From positions 1 through 64,000 of the forward strand of contig MQRK01217150.1 in assembly GCA_001938485.1 (NCBI GenBank): 64,000 nucleotides of DNA, read 5' to 3'. This DNA comes from Girardia tigrina (lineage: Eukaryota). This document shows, piece after piece, positions 1-12,161 of the stretch. A program made the position numbers and the translations under genes. The number at the start of each line of letters is the position of its first letter. Within the stretch, counting starts at the first letter, position 1. The notes below the pieces were generated by a model. That model was not told where the DNA came from. It ran no database searches and saw only the letters and a list, made by a program, of their open reading frames with translations.

Positions 1-111
1 TTTAATTTTTAAAAATATTTAACAAGCAAATTAATATAAAAATATTTTACCCTTTAAATTAAAAAATAATAAACTATTCAGGCGAGATAAAAAATTAAAA
101 TTAACCCCTCA
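1..111 (-). mobile_element. Start of an AT-rich LTR (TGAGGGG family) inserted between a Gypsy gag and its protease; runs off the window edge
   Basis: Minus strand begins TGAGGGGTTAATTT...ATCTCGCC, matching the start of the insertion at 32629 (TGAGGGGTTATTTAAATTTGCATCTCGCC). It interrupts the reading frame just after NKPIV. Confidence 0.6.
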
Positions 112-1158
112 TATTACTATTTCGAACTGAACACTGAACTATCGGCTTATTTGCGAACGGCTGATTTTTTAATAGCGCTTCTTTGTAAAGTGGAAGTTTC
201 GGTTTCGTTTTTGTACCGTTAATGTAAGATACATATTGGTCGATTAGATCCGGTTTTTTCAGGGGTTTAGTTTTCGCCATTGAGTTAATTTGCCTTTCAT
301 TATCTCAACTTATTTCGGAAATCGAATCTGAATTTTGGCATTCCGATAACTCCGTTTCCTGTAACAACTTAACAGATTTAAGGTTTGGGCAATTTGATTT
401 CTTGTGGTTATCACCACATTCGTAGCAAATTATAGCTTTGCAAAAACGTTTGATGTATCCGACTTTATTACATCTAAAACATTTACGTTCGGCGCTCTTC
501 ACATTATGGGACAATCGATTATTTTGAAGTTTAAATATTTCATCCGTCGGAAATTTTATTTCTACTTTTAGTTTTTGGTTCTCCTGAAGTAATTCCGCAA
601 TTGATACACTTTTGTTCATTTTATACAATTCGTAGTTATTTTTGTCACTATTGTCGCAGACATCTTCTTTCACCATCCCGAGAGCTTCGGATAATGTTGT
701 CGGTTTGAGAATTTTGAAGACTTTAGAGATCCGTTTGTCCAGTAATCCGTACTGGAAAATTTTAACTATGGAGTCCTCTGATTTGATATGTAGCTTAAAC
801 GCTTCCAATTGTACTTTTATTGAAAAATCTAGAAATGTTTCTTTTTGCTCTTGCCTCATTTGCAAGATTGGTAACGATTCACCGACTTTAGATCTTTGCA
901 TATCGATTTTTTCGATCAATTTAGAAGCCAGTGTTTGCGTATTACAGCATTTCCAATCGGATCCGGAATCGCATTGAATTTCTGCAATGAGATCTTTGTC
1001 AAATACGAAGAAAACACTTCCATTTTCGTATTTTCGTCTAATTTCGCTTCTTCGAATAATGTTAAAAATTCTTTAACATTATTGACGTATTCCGCTATCG
1101 ATTTTTCTTTCAGATGAATTTTTTCGAAGATGAATTTATCTTCGAAAGCACGTGTCAA
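112..1158 (-). pseudogene. gag: Ty3/Gypsy-like gag with two zinc knuckles, frameshifted
   Basis: ORFs 916-1158 and 305-919 show capsid-like helices (RQEQKETFLDF, KPTTLSEAL) and knuckles CFRCNKVGYIKRFC (degenerate) and CYECGDNHKKSNC. They are followed by a gag-protease linker (IDQYVSYINGTK...NKPIV). Confidence 0.8.
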
Positions 1159-3873
1159 TCGACCATTGAAGGAAATAGCAGTACTCTGGTTGATTCACAG
1201 CATACACTGCATCCATCAAACACAAATACTAAAAGCATTTTTGCTGAAGTGATCAAGTTGTTGCATACAAAAAAGACACAGTTCAATCAACAACAATTGC
1301 AAGCAAGACAACAAAAATTACAAGCAAAACAATCACAAGCACTACATAAACAACATGCATAACACACACAACATGAGCAACACATAACAAACACGCAAAA
1401 ACATCAACAACAAACCACAAACGACCAACAACATCAGGCAAACATACATGACAATTCGAACCCAAATCAGTATACAATGACTTAATTTGTCAAGAAAAGT
1501 CATCCAAATTATCAAAAATATGTTGAGGAAAAAGAAAATAGTGATGGGAAACATGAAGAGATTATCACTTCAGATCACTTTGAGGCCTTTTTCAATGCTA
1601 ACTTGAATGCAAACAACTAGCATTGGAAATGACAGATATATTCAGGGAAAAGTTTATCAGTATGAAAGGAGATAACAAAGATGTAATCAGAATAATCGAG
1701 ACGACGAAAAGCAGATTATCCACTCTTCTCAACAAGGTATCCTTTATCATCGCCAAGGAGCAATCCAATGGAAAATCTATGGCAACTTCCAGAACGAAGA
1801 GAGCTGAAAGATGAAGAGATAGAGAAAGAAATGAAGAGGAAAGTATTGGATAATGGGAGCGTGTTTATGTCAAGGGTTTTTAAACAATTCCGGGTGAGTG
1901 GAATGGAGAACTCAGCGGAATCGATAACTACCGTGGCATTTGAAGAACTGTGTCACCAGCTGAGGTGGTCAATGGAAGCACTTGTGAGCAATGAGTATGA
2001 TCGCAAGTGCATTCAAGAGTTCGCCAATGAAGTGAGAACAGAATTCTTCAAGAAGAAAAGAAAATTGATTGGGAAGAACAATGAGAAAAGAGAAGCCAAA
2101 AGAGATGTGTGCCAAGCTTTTGGAGAACTGACTGAGAAATGTAAGACATTGAAATATCGATCCAACTTGATTGACACAGTCGTGGATCCAGCTGCAGCCC
2201 GACATCTCCTACCAATGGATATACGAAATGTGCTTGTTGAAGAATTAAAAAAAAGATGGAAAGGAGGAGTGTTTGGGGGGGGGTATTACCACCCCAAATG
2301 GAGGTCACTATAACGCAACTAGTGAAAGATGCTGAAAGTGAATTTGGAAAAAAATTCCTCCATAAGCAAGGAGAGAATACAGATGAGAGGGAAGTAAAAG
2401 ATCTCGAAGGAATGAGAATCGATGATACCGAAATAACAACCCCTGTAAATACACCAATTTTGAAAGAACGGTTGTTGCAATCAGAGAAGAAAATTCATAT
2501 CTCCCGTTCGGTAGATGCAATCAGAAAACGCAACACTATTACAGGGGAAGTGGAAAAGAAGAGAACAGTTGAAATTGTAACCACGGATGAATCCACTTCA
2601 GCCGTGGAACAATACAACAAGGAAACGAAAAATAGAAATGGAGAAGAGGATGACAAAATTGAGACGGAGCAACTATCGTATGAAAGCACATTAGATGCTG
2701 ATGTTAATTCGAACAATGCAGAAACAATTATGGAAACTGATGATTCCATAATTGTAGCTGTTGAACAGAATGAGAATGAAGGTGGTGTAGTGAGAGAGAA
2801 AAGTATAGAAGGATTGGCAGAACCGAGAATACGAGAAGAATCACCAATGTGATGTCCAACTCCATTGAGAAGAAGTAAGAAATTGGAGTCACCTCCCCCC
2901 CCACAACCGGATATATCGTGCAACCAGGATAATATGTACAACATTCACATTGCAATTATGTAGAAATTGGAGGATGAGAGTGTTTATATGAACCTGGTCG
3001 AGTTGCTGACAGATCGTGTATTCTGCAGGGGCGGCAACCGCGCTCAATTTTGAAAGGCGATAATGGATGAACTAGCGGGAAGATAGGGTGCTTCGATGTG
3101 GGCTGAAGGGATCCCAGATGTCCTATGATATGGAGATCAAATATTACCAACTTGCATCGGAGGAAAGAAGACAAAGAGTTTCAGAAGTGATTAACTCTAC
3201 TCAGAGGTCATCACAAATGGAACCGTTGTTTGGAACAATTGAGGTGAGTGATGAATCAGATTCAGGTGAAGAAAAATCTGGAGATGATTCATTTAGAAAT
3301 GCAGAAATAGAAGAATGCACAATTCCGGTTTCATTCGGTCGGAGAATACCACGACCCGTTCTCGATTGTATGAAGTCTCCAGTTGTGACTCCAGTCACAA
3401 CTGAAGAAAGCCCGGAGGAGCAGAAGAAAGTTTATATACCGAAAGCACTGACAAGGGTTGTGGATGAGACAGTACCAGATACTGTTTCACCAAGGTTGGT
3501 GATATTGATAAACAGCATACTACGACCAACACCACCACCAATCAGTGCACCGAGAAGAGTCACAACGGCAGTGACAACCAAAACCGATGCTACTCCGGTA
3601 GCACCGGCAATGGTTTTAAAGAAGAAATGGGGACCGGCCTGCAAAACAATTCACAAGCCCGTGGTTGAGAAAAAGGCGGCTCCAGTGAAGAAAGTTGAGA
3701 TGGTAGACGAAGTTGATGAGTAGGGGTTTGTGCTTGTAGCCAAAGCTGGCAAGAAGGCTAAAGCTCCTTCTCCGGAAGAAAAGAAATGCACCAAATGACG
3801 GGATGGGCCCATCCCATCAACAGAAACAGGGATGGAATGCCAACCCTCACTTGTGGATGAATAAATCGAAATA

Positions 3874-4370
3874 TTGAAGGTGCAGGTTCCTGACAAAACA
3901 GCACCAGTAAACTCAATGTGGTTCACTAGTGAGCACATTGACTTTTACTTCAGGAACCATGCGGGATTGACAAGCGAAGGATATGTGAGCCCAGTGGACT
4001 GTAACGCAATGTTGAACAGCAGAACACGAGTGAAACGATTCATAGGTTTTGAGAAAGAGGATGTGAATGAGTGTAACTTTTTGTTCTGTCCGTTTAACGT
4101 TCGGAACGCTCATTGGGTTCTGTATGGAGTTCTAGTCGAAAAAGGAGTTGCCTTTCTCTTTGATCCGCTGAAGGAAAGTGGATTGAAGAGGGAGTCGGTG
4201 GCGATGGGAATGACACTTCATAGGATCGTCAACAAACATCCTGTTCGATGGTCTCTTGGAGTTTGACAGTGAGTGTGTTCCAGATTTTTATCAAACGAAT
4301 GACCACGATTGTGGTCCTTTTGTCTGTATATATGCTGCCGGGTTGGTGGAGGACAGTTTGGATGAGACTC
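3874..4370 (+). pseudogene. Ulp1/C48-family cysteine protease domain 1 (catalytic residues present)
   Basis: WFTSEHIDFYF ... FCPFNVRNAHWVL ... FLFDPL ... QTNDHDCGPFVC gives the H, D, Q and C of the Ulp1 fold. One frameshift near 4256. Confidence 0.85.
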
Positions 4371-4479
4371 CAGCCGTTGCAGTCGAACAGATTAGGGAAT
4401 TTGTAGAACTGATGCCGGGAAATGAGAGTGCTCCAAAGCTAATTGGAGGGGGTCCAACACCCCTGGACAATTCATTGCA

Positions 4480-4920
4480 GGAGTATCTCTCATTTACGGA
4501 AGATCACTTCTCGGTATTTATCAGTTCTTACACAGTAAGTCACTGACATCTGACGGTGAAGCCGATTGTAGCAACGTCAATCAGCAAAGGCAATGCTTCT
4601 TTCCTTAGAAAACAGGTTACCATGGACATTTTTGATGGAAAGGAGTGTATTTATCTGCCTGTGCTGATTGATAGTAGGTGATGGGTTTTGTTTATGGCAG
4701 ACTTGAAACACTATGATTTCTCAGTGTTAGATCCCACTGCAGATATTATTGATAAAAGTCTGTTGCAAAGAATGAGAGTGACTGCTCGATACATCGAACA
4801 CTTGTGTCTCACAAAAAGAGAAATGAGAATAAATGTATTTGTGCAGCCACATCAGCTGGTGCAGAATGGAGGACAGACGGGGCTGATGGTGTGTGGATAC
4901 ATTCGAGCTCTGATAGAAGA
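4480..4920 (+). pseudogene. Second Ulp1-like domain, catalytically degenerate
   Basis: IYLPVLIDSR*WVLFMADL...SVLDPT...QLVQNGGQTGLMVCGYI parallels domain 1, but the His position is a stop and the DCG motif reads QTG. Confidence 0.65.
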
Positions 4921-5399
4921 GCGGCCGCTTTTTGATATCAATATTGAGAAACTTAAGAAGCGGATCGCGAAACAACTCATCAAAGCAAAGAAGAAGGGTC
5001 CCACATCAACAGTGAAGCAGAGGAAGAACCACACCACTCTCAATGCAACTCATGCAGCGAGAGTGGAAAATTCATTGACCTTTGCTGAGGTCCGATCATC
5101 AACAGTGGACCCCGATATACTTGAGAGAGATATAACTAATTATATCTACTCTCACAGGCCCATTAAACGGAGAAATATGTATATGGGCAGCAAAGTTGTC
5201 GAGTCCACTAACCAGGATCCCAGATTAAGAAAATTGTATCGGGTTCAACCAAAGAAAGCAGTTTAAATAATACTAAACAACACAGTTGCTGACACTACTC
5301 CATCGACAGAAGCAATCATAGAGCACTTTAGCGTAAAATCTGTTGCCCCCCCTATTAGTGATTTGGGGGATTTTCTCTTAGTTAAGAGAGGTGATTTAT

Positions 5400-6620
5400 T
5401 CGAACTCAGGGAGGTTCTCTCTGGTGAAGTGGTATAGGCGCTGAACAAGGCCAACAATTCATCCCCGGGTTACTCAAATATTACATATAAGGATATGTTA
5501 TATTGTGACTCGGTGGGTGCAATATATACAAAATTATATAATAGGATAATCAATAGCCGAGTGATCCCGGAAAGTTGGAAGGAATTCTTTACAACACTCC
5601 TTCCAAAACCGGGAAAGCAAGGCCAGTATGATCAAGTCTCATCAAGGAGACCGATAGCTCTCTTAGAGTGTGCCTATAAAATATTGGCAACACTTCTAAA
5701 ATATCAATTAAATAGGTGGGTAGTGGACAACAAACTCTTGCACCCATTGCAGAAAAGTCCTGGACCGCATGGTGGTTGTGCTGAACACAAGTTTCTCATT
5801 AGGGCGATCCTAGACAAGTACTATTCTCAGCTGGTGGAAGCTGAGTTCCACGTAACAATGCTGGACAATGCTGATGCATTTGACTCAGTGTCGGTGAAAA
5901 TCATCCTAAAGCTGCTGGGAAGAATGGGTGTAGGAGCCGACTGTGACGGGTCAGATCCCGATTTTAGTGGGGGTGCGACAGGGTTGTTCACTCTCAATGC
6001 TGTTATTTAATATCGCCATAAACCCGGTCTTGCTGGAGCTAGATCAACAATCTTATGGCGGTATGATAATAGCTAATCACCATGTGAGTTGTTTAGCTTC
6101 TGCTGATGACCTTGTGCTGCTGGCAGACAATCAGAGTCACATGCAGTTAATGATGGATAAAGCTGCAGAACTTACAAACATTATAGGGATAAAATTCAGA
6201 CCTTCCAAATGTGCACGGATAGCGATCTCACACAATCCAAATAATAGGATCCAGATATATGGTAGCGCTATCCCGGAAATCACCGAAGGTGAATTCGTTG
6301 TATATTTGGGAGTTCACTTTTCGGAGAACATAAGAATAGCACCAGTTGAGAAGCTTGCAGAAGTTACAAGAGAAACAGTAAAGATTACAGAATACGTGCT
6401 GTTTCTTTGTCAGAAACTGCAAGCCTACATGATTTACCTGCACTCCAAGCTCATATTTGCCTTCAGGATCTTCTATATTCTATATGGAACTATTGATGGC
6501 AAGAGCTTTAGTCCGGACAATGTAATCAGACTATTGCATAAGAAGGTGTTGGGACTGCAAAAGAATGCATCAAATGCGTATCTCTACACTCCAAGAGAAA
6601 ATGGGGGGTCGGTATCAAAT
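5400..6620 (+). pseudogene. Non-LTR reverse transcriptase domain
   Basis: Motifs PGYSNITY, WKEFFTTLLPK, RRPIALLECAYK, GGCAEH, LDNADAFDSV, GVRQGCSLSMLLFN, LASADDLVL, FRPSKC, YLGV, with frameshifts. Confidence 0.92.
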
Positions 6621-7246
6621 CGTTACTTGATGAGTACTTGATACAGTCGCTGGCCCACAGTTTCCAAATGATTGCGTGTAATGATATGACAACGATGGAT
6701 GCTGCAGTCTTCTCCCTTCAGCATGGAGCTACAGGTCCCAGAAAAACGCGTCTCTTGTCGATTGAGGCGGCAATACGCTGGCTGAACGCTGGGACACAAT
6801 CGGGGAAAATCAAAAATTGGTGGGCGAAAATCAAGTTCGCCATTCATAAGATTGTGAATCTGCACCAGATTTCAGTAAGTCTGGTGCAGAATAAACGGGG
6901 TATTTGTCTACATCTCCACCAGTCATTGGTGTGGGAGAGAAGACTGTCAAATGGCGAGACTGAGGTACTTAAGGACGAAACAAGCGAAAATATGTTTCTC
7001 ACCCCCCTCCTAAAGTCCAGTGTGTTCAAGACACTAAGAAGATTGGTGGAGAAATCTTGGACACACAAATGGAATATACAAAGCAGCTCTGGACGGATTG
7101 CAAGAAGCTTGCAATCCACAATCACCTTTCACTGCGCTGTTTATGGGGGGAAGTTGAATTATAGCGAGTGGTATTTTTACCACAAGGCAATGACCTACAC
7201 AGTGCCTATTAACTACCGACAGGGTATTACTAAGAACAAGGGACAC

Positions 7247-7780
7247 TGTCGTAGGTGCCCTCATAATAAAGAAACCTTGGCCCATGTACTTACAGGATGT
7301 ATGTACAGTGAAGGGTTCTGGAACTATAAACAAAACTCGGTCCTTTATTGTATAGGGGAGCAAATAACTGAATATTTAGACTGCAAAGTCGATATAAATG
7401 TTTAGCGTAGATATGCTCCATCTACACTCCGGGTTGATCTTCAGGTATTCGTCCCATGATCGCAGATCTTATACCTAATAGATGTCAAGTGTCGGTATGA
7501 CACGAAGAAGAACATGGAGAATAGAAACCAAATGATCCTCGATCATTACGAGATTCTTGTTGTTTTTTGCAGGGCAGCAATGCTAGAGACGATTGTGACA
7601 GTGCTCGCCCTTCAGGTAGGGTGCCTAGGGACGTGGTCGAAAAGGAGCATTGTCATACTGACAACTCTAAAGATCCCGCCAAAGGTGATAAGACAGATTG
7701 CAATTGGCTGCTCAGTATCGAATATGAAATACTCAGCAGCACAATGGTCTTATCACCGTTATGGCATAGTCCCAAGCGGG
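7247..7780 (+). pseudogene. CCHC zinc finger plus restriction-like endonuclease (RLE)
   Basis: CRRCPHNKETLAHVLTGC, then LRVDLQVF...LYLIDVKCRYD and VGCLGTW, typical of R2-group RLE domains. Confidence 0.85.
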
Positions 7781-8284
7781 ATCCAGAGAATAAATAAGAT
7801 TACTGTAGAAGAGATCCAAGAACCTGATGAAGGCATGTTAGCGATGGAAGAGATGAAATATGAACATGCTATTCCTGAGGGTGTATAAGAATTTGATCCA
7901 GCCGCCCTGGAAGCACTAGTACAATCTTATAGTTACAGAGTAGGAGTGCAACAGGGGGGAGTAGTATGTATTGAGGATCAAACAGATAATGATCCATCTG
8001 ACGATGAGCTAGTCTCCAATCTAGATAGGATGAGGATCGGAGATTCATCAGAGGATGAAGAAAACTCATCATCGGAGAAGACTTGACCTTCGATGATGAG
8101 TTATTAAGGATGCAGTGAGTGAATGTGTCGGGCTTGGCGGAAACGTTCACCCAAGTGATGGGTGCGGGGGTAGGCCGCTAATGAAAAAACCACTGTGGAA
8201 ACCAGGGCCGGTGTAAAGGACGCCTTCGGGACGATACATGCGGCAAATTTATTTATGTACCAACCGGGCACTTTTACTCAATGA

Positions 8285-8545
8285 CAAAAAAGAAGGCAGA
8301 AAAATAAAGATATTCAAAGATTATTTCTAGCAATTGAAGTTCCAGGAAAAGGCACAATTAATACTGCTAAAGTGTGAACAATTAAAGTAAAAACTTTAAG
8401 ACAAAAAGTCAAAGAAATGTTTAAAATTGAAGGAACAATACTCTTATTGCTTTTGGATTTAGAATTACAAGATAAAAATTACCTATATGGTTATGGATGT
8501 TATGAAAAAGAAATTAATAATATAACAGTTTATTATATTGAGGAA
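8285..8545 (+). pseudogene. Putative ubiquitin-like (beta-grasp) domain upstream of env
   Basis: Frame of ORF 8417 extended upstream through one TGA: RLFLAIEVPGKGTINTAKV*TIKVKTLRQKVKEMFKIEGTILLLLLDLELQDKNYLYGYGCYEKEINNITVY. By eye it aligns to ubiquitin (TIENVKAKIQDKEGI...LIFAGKQLEDGRTLSDYNI). Confidence 0.5.
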
Positions 8546-8778
8546 TTTTACGATATTAATGATTTTAACGAATTTACTGATGATTTACAAAAAGTTGAAA
8601 TAAAAAAGGAAGAAAATATGTTGCAGTATCAAAACATTCCCGATGTAGATATAAATGTTAATTTAATAAGTACAAGTATGTCAAAAGAAGCAAAATGTTT
8701 CGAAATAAAGTAATAAAAAATGAATCGTTGAAAGATAACAAATTTGATGAGGGTAAACAATCTAAATATAATTCGAGA

Positions 8779-11300
8779 ATGTTGTGGTTATCATTAATTA
8801 TGATTTTATTCTTATGTATATCTCCAACGATGTCTTTAGTAGCGTATGATTGTTCACAAACAGAAGTTGGAAAAATATATTCATGGATGTCGTAGAATGT
8901 ACTGAATTACAAATTAAAGAAGAGAAAAATGTTTTTTATCATTTATATCAAGAATCAGGATTTAGAAGAGCAAAATGGCGAGAGTGTATAGTCAAACGTG
9001 CAACTTATGTTTTTCATTGTGGAAAATCGAGTCACTCTTCTCTTATTAAAATAGATGTTATACCAAGACCAGTTAATATCTTACCAGAAAATTGTGAAGC
9101 AGCATTTCAAACGAAACAACTAAAAATTGATTCCACTTTAACTTTAACTGCCAAAGTTGGATATATTACGAGAGAATCTGTATTTGGAAAAGGAGTAATG
9201 TATCAGGATGGAGAATGTAAAAGAGAATCTGTAAAATTGGGGAATAAAATAGTAGATAAAATCATGGTATCAGAGGAATATCAAACAGAATTGGGAGAAT
9301 TTGATGGAATTTTTGATTATGTTACGGGGAAATTACAGTCCCATGCATTTTGTAATTATCGAACTACAAGCTGTCAAACAGGAGAATCTGTATTATTAGA
9401 CTCAGTTAATTATAAAGAATGTAATTTGGCATTTCTTAAATCAGCAGAATTTATTGAAGCTCAAGGCATTCAAATACAAAAAAGACCAGATATATTAAAA
9501 CCGAAGAAGCATCAAGCTCGAAAAGCAGTACCAGTTCAAAAAAAAGAATTTAGCAACAGTTTTAATGTCATCTCTTTCAGCAGATGGAATGAGATTTATA
9601 AGAAAAGAAAAAGAAAACCGTTGTGGAAAATCAATGTATTCAACAAATTACAAGGGTCTATATGTTTCTCAAGAAAGGATACCCGATGCTACAGTTGTAC
9701 ATAATGCTGATATAAAATTATCCCATTATTTGAGCAATAAAATAGATTTTGCATTTCATTTTCATCAATCAACAGTGGAAAATTTATATCGTGAGGTTAT
9801 ATTAAATGATTGTAATTTGAACCGAGAAATATTACAAAATCGAATCGCTTTAGTAGTAACAAATTCTAATCTAGTCGCTCCAATATTAGTCGCTGAAAAA
9901 GGTGTATTTGGACGAATTATGGGCGAAGTTATGAATGTAAAGAAATATCAGTTCAAATAATAAAACATAATGAAACAAATGAACTTCCAGTTAGTTATAA
10001 AGGTGAACTAAGATTTGTAGAACCTATAACACGAATTCTAGTGGAAAATGGAACAAGACCTAGAAAATTATGATGTAATGAGATAACAGCACCTTTATAT
10101 GATGTAAATTATATCGATTAACACAAGAAATCTGGATTTCGTTACCAAATAATAAAGAAGTTAAAGGCATCAAAAAATTGCATTTAACAAACTTAGAATA
10201 TTTAATAAATTTTACGTCTTTAGATCAAATGTCAACAATTTGTATTTATGTTGGGTTTTAAAAATCTTTAATTTTAAATATTTACTTTTTTAAACACAAA
10301 TCTTTATTCTTTAATAGTAAGTCTTTAATCTGTAAATCTGACTCAAATTAATCAGAAAGGACTTCCAACATAAATATATAGACAATGAACACAAATTCTT
10401 TTTTGAAACTTTAATTCAAATAACAAAAATTAACAAGTCAAAAATAATAATAATAATTCAATTCTTGATGACAGAACACAAACACAAAACAATATTTCGT
10501 ACGAGTTAACAGATTACAGTAAAAACTGTGAATCTCCAAAACGAACGAATGTTAAAATTTAAATTAAACCTTTTCCTCCCATACGCGATACTTATGGTTT
10601 AAAAGAAGAATATTTTAAAAAAGAATAATAAATAATAAAAATAATTCTATATAATGAGTTAAGTTGCTTCCTTTTGTTTTTGATGAGAGAATTTTTTGGG
10701 CAAACTAAACTAAATTTGCTGCTGTTTATATAGTAATTTTCATTAGCCTTGAAAATTGATAAAATAAAACAAAGACTAAAATATTTTTAATTTTAGATTC
10801 CAAATTTTGTTAAACTAAATATTATTTTGTTTGAAATTAGTAATTTTACCAAAAGAATTATTTAAAAAATTTTTCTACATAAAATTTTATCAAAAGTGTT
10901 CAAATGTATTTTTCGAAACCCTAACATTTATTCACCAGAAGAAATTGAAGATTCAAGACGAAATTTCTTATTTCCTTCTAAAAAAGAAAGAGTAATGAAT
11001 GAAATCATCAATACCGTTTTACCTTATGGAGTAGGAAAAGTAAACTTCGATATTTTTTTGAATATAGACCATTGCCAAAGAGCCACTATGAATGCGATGA
11101 AAAGAATATGGGGAAAATTTATATTTTTTGGTCAAGCTTGTGCTGGTTTAATTGGAGTTTATAGAATTTTTACGATATCCAAAGTTTTTATTTCTCAAAT
11201 TTTATCAACATACAGATTATATACAATTTTGGGATTTTCATGGAAATTAATAATTGGATGTATTCCTATGATAGCAAAATTTTTCAAAATTTCATCATAA
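8779..11300 (+). pseudogene. env: Envelope glycoprotein of chuvirus-like / class III (gB-like) type, frameshifted and split by a solo LTR
   Basis: Signal peptide MLWLSLIMILFLCISPTMS followed by LVAYDC; ECIVKRATYVFHCGKSSH; Cys-rich ectodomain; NKIDFAFH; IYSPEEI...FLFP is restored when the insert is removed; membrane region WGKFIFFGQACAGLIGV...LYTILGFSWKLIIG. Confidence 0.8.
10249..10926. mobile_element. Solo LTR inserted in env
   Basis: TGTTGGG...CCCTAACA termini with a 4-bp TSD TTTA (10245-10248 and 10927-10930). Removing it restores the frame MSTICIYSPEEIED. Confidence 0.85.
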
Positions 11301-11699
11301 AGAAATAAATACATGAAAATCAGAAATGAAAATTAATAAACGTCGTAAAAAGTTTAAGAAAGGAAATAAAAAAGTACAAGTGTAACAAGTGATGGAAGAA
11401 AAAGTGAAACTGGAAATGAACCTGTAAGTAATAGTAATTTAACGGCACCAACAATACCTAAAAGCGAGTGGAAAGATTATGAAATTATTACAAAAAAAAT
11501 TACAAATGATAAAGAATCAAGAAATGTTAAATTCAAGTGCACCACGCAATCTGACAAGTTTAGAACCATTACCGAATTACTATCCATTCTTACAACTTAA
11601 GGAAATGAAATATATCGATCCAAAACTGGAAAATTTAAATTCATAGGAAAAACAAAAAATAGAAGTTGAAATAAGAAATCAATGGGGTTTACCAAGTAA

Positions 11700-12161
11700 T
11701 TATGTTTTTGCTGTGAGAATTAAATTCGGTAAAAGATTAACAATAACTGTTTTATTAAATGATAGATATATTACAGCTTTAGTTGATACTGGTTCAGAAG
11801 TCACGATTGTTGATGAGAAGATGCTTCTGGCATCTGAAAAATTAAATCTGGCACCTTGTATTGAAAGATTATAATCAATTACAGGTCAGCGATTGAAGGA
11901 ACTGTTCAAATGTCAATAAAAATTGGTGGCAAGAATATTATAACAAACGTACTAATTTCAAAAAGTTGCCCAGAATCATTATTGCTTGGTATGGATGTTT
12001 TGCAACAGTTAGAAGGTGTTTCTTTAGATTTAAAAAGTGGAAACTTGGTATCTATACCTGATGGAAAAATCTTACATAAAGAGACTAAATCAATTACAAG
12101 AGATCATGTCTATCAATCAACACCAAGAGATCATAATCACTACATTTACTTATTAATTTAG
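11700..12161 (+). pseudogene. Retropepsin-like aspartic protease downstream of env
   Basis: ITALVDTGSEVTIV (DTG at 11785-11793) and LLLGMDVLQQL. One stop and one frameshift; no RT follows. Confidence 0.85.

Larger units (their letters stand above)
1170..8290 (+). mobile_element. RLE-type non-LTR retrotransposon, NeSL/Utopia/R5-like, decayed
   Basis: The block is more GC-rich than its flanks and carries one long fragmented ORF. Domain order: Gln/His-rich and acidic N-terminus, Ulp1-like protease x2, RT, CCHC finger, PD-(D/E)xK endonuclease, acidic tail, GC-rich 3' UTR. Boundaries are approximate. Confidence 0.85.

Noticed and set aside
8170-8215. Possible hammerhead (CTAATGA...GAAAC) in the non-LTR 3' UTR
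   Set aside because: Stem II does not close next to the core, and there is no convincing stem III or cleavage triplet.
8262-8285. Similarity of TTTTACTC to a trematode spliced-leader sequence as an insertion target
   Set aside because: Only about 8 nt match in AT-rich DNA, with no SL RNA body or Sm site.
3874-8545. Functional pairing of the Ulp1 proteases with the neighbouring UBL domain
   Set aside because: They lie in different elements with different base composition, so adjacency is probably chance.
112-12161. Minus-strand gag and plus-strand env as a single ambisense element split by the non-LTR insertion
   Set aside because: A head-to-head layout leaves no room for a 5' LTR/PBS, and no TSD is visible. 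Two unrelated truncated elements is simpler.
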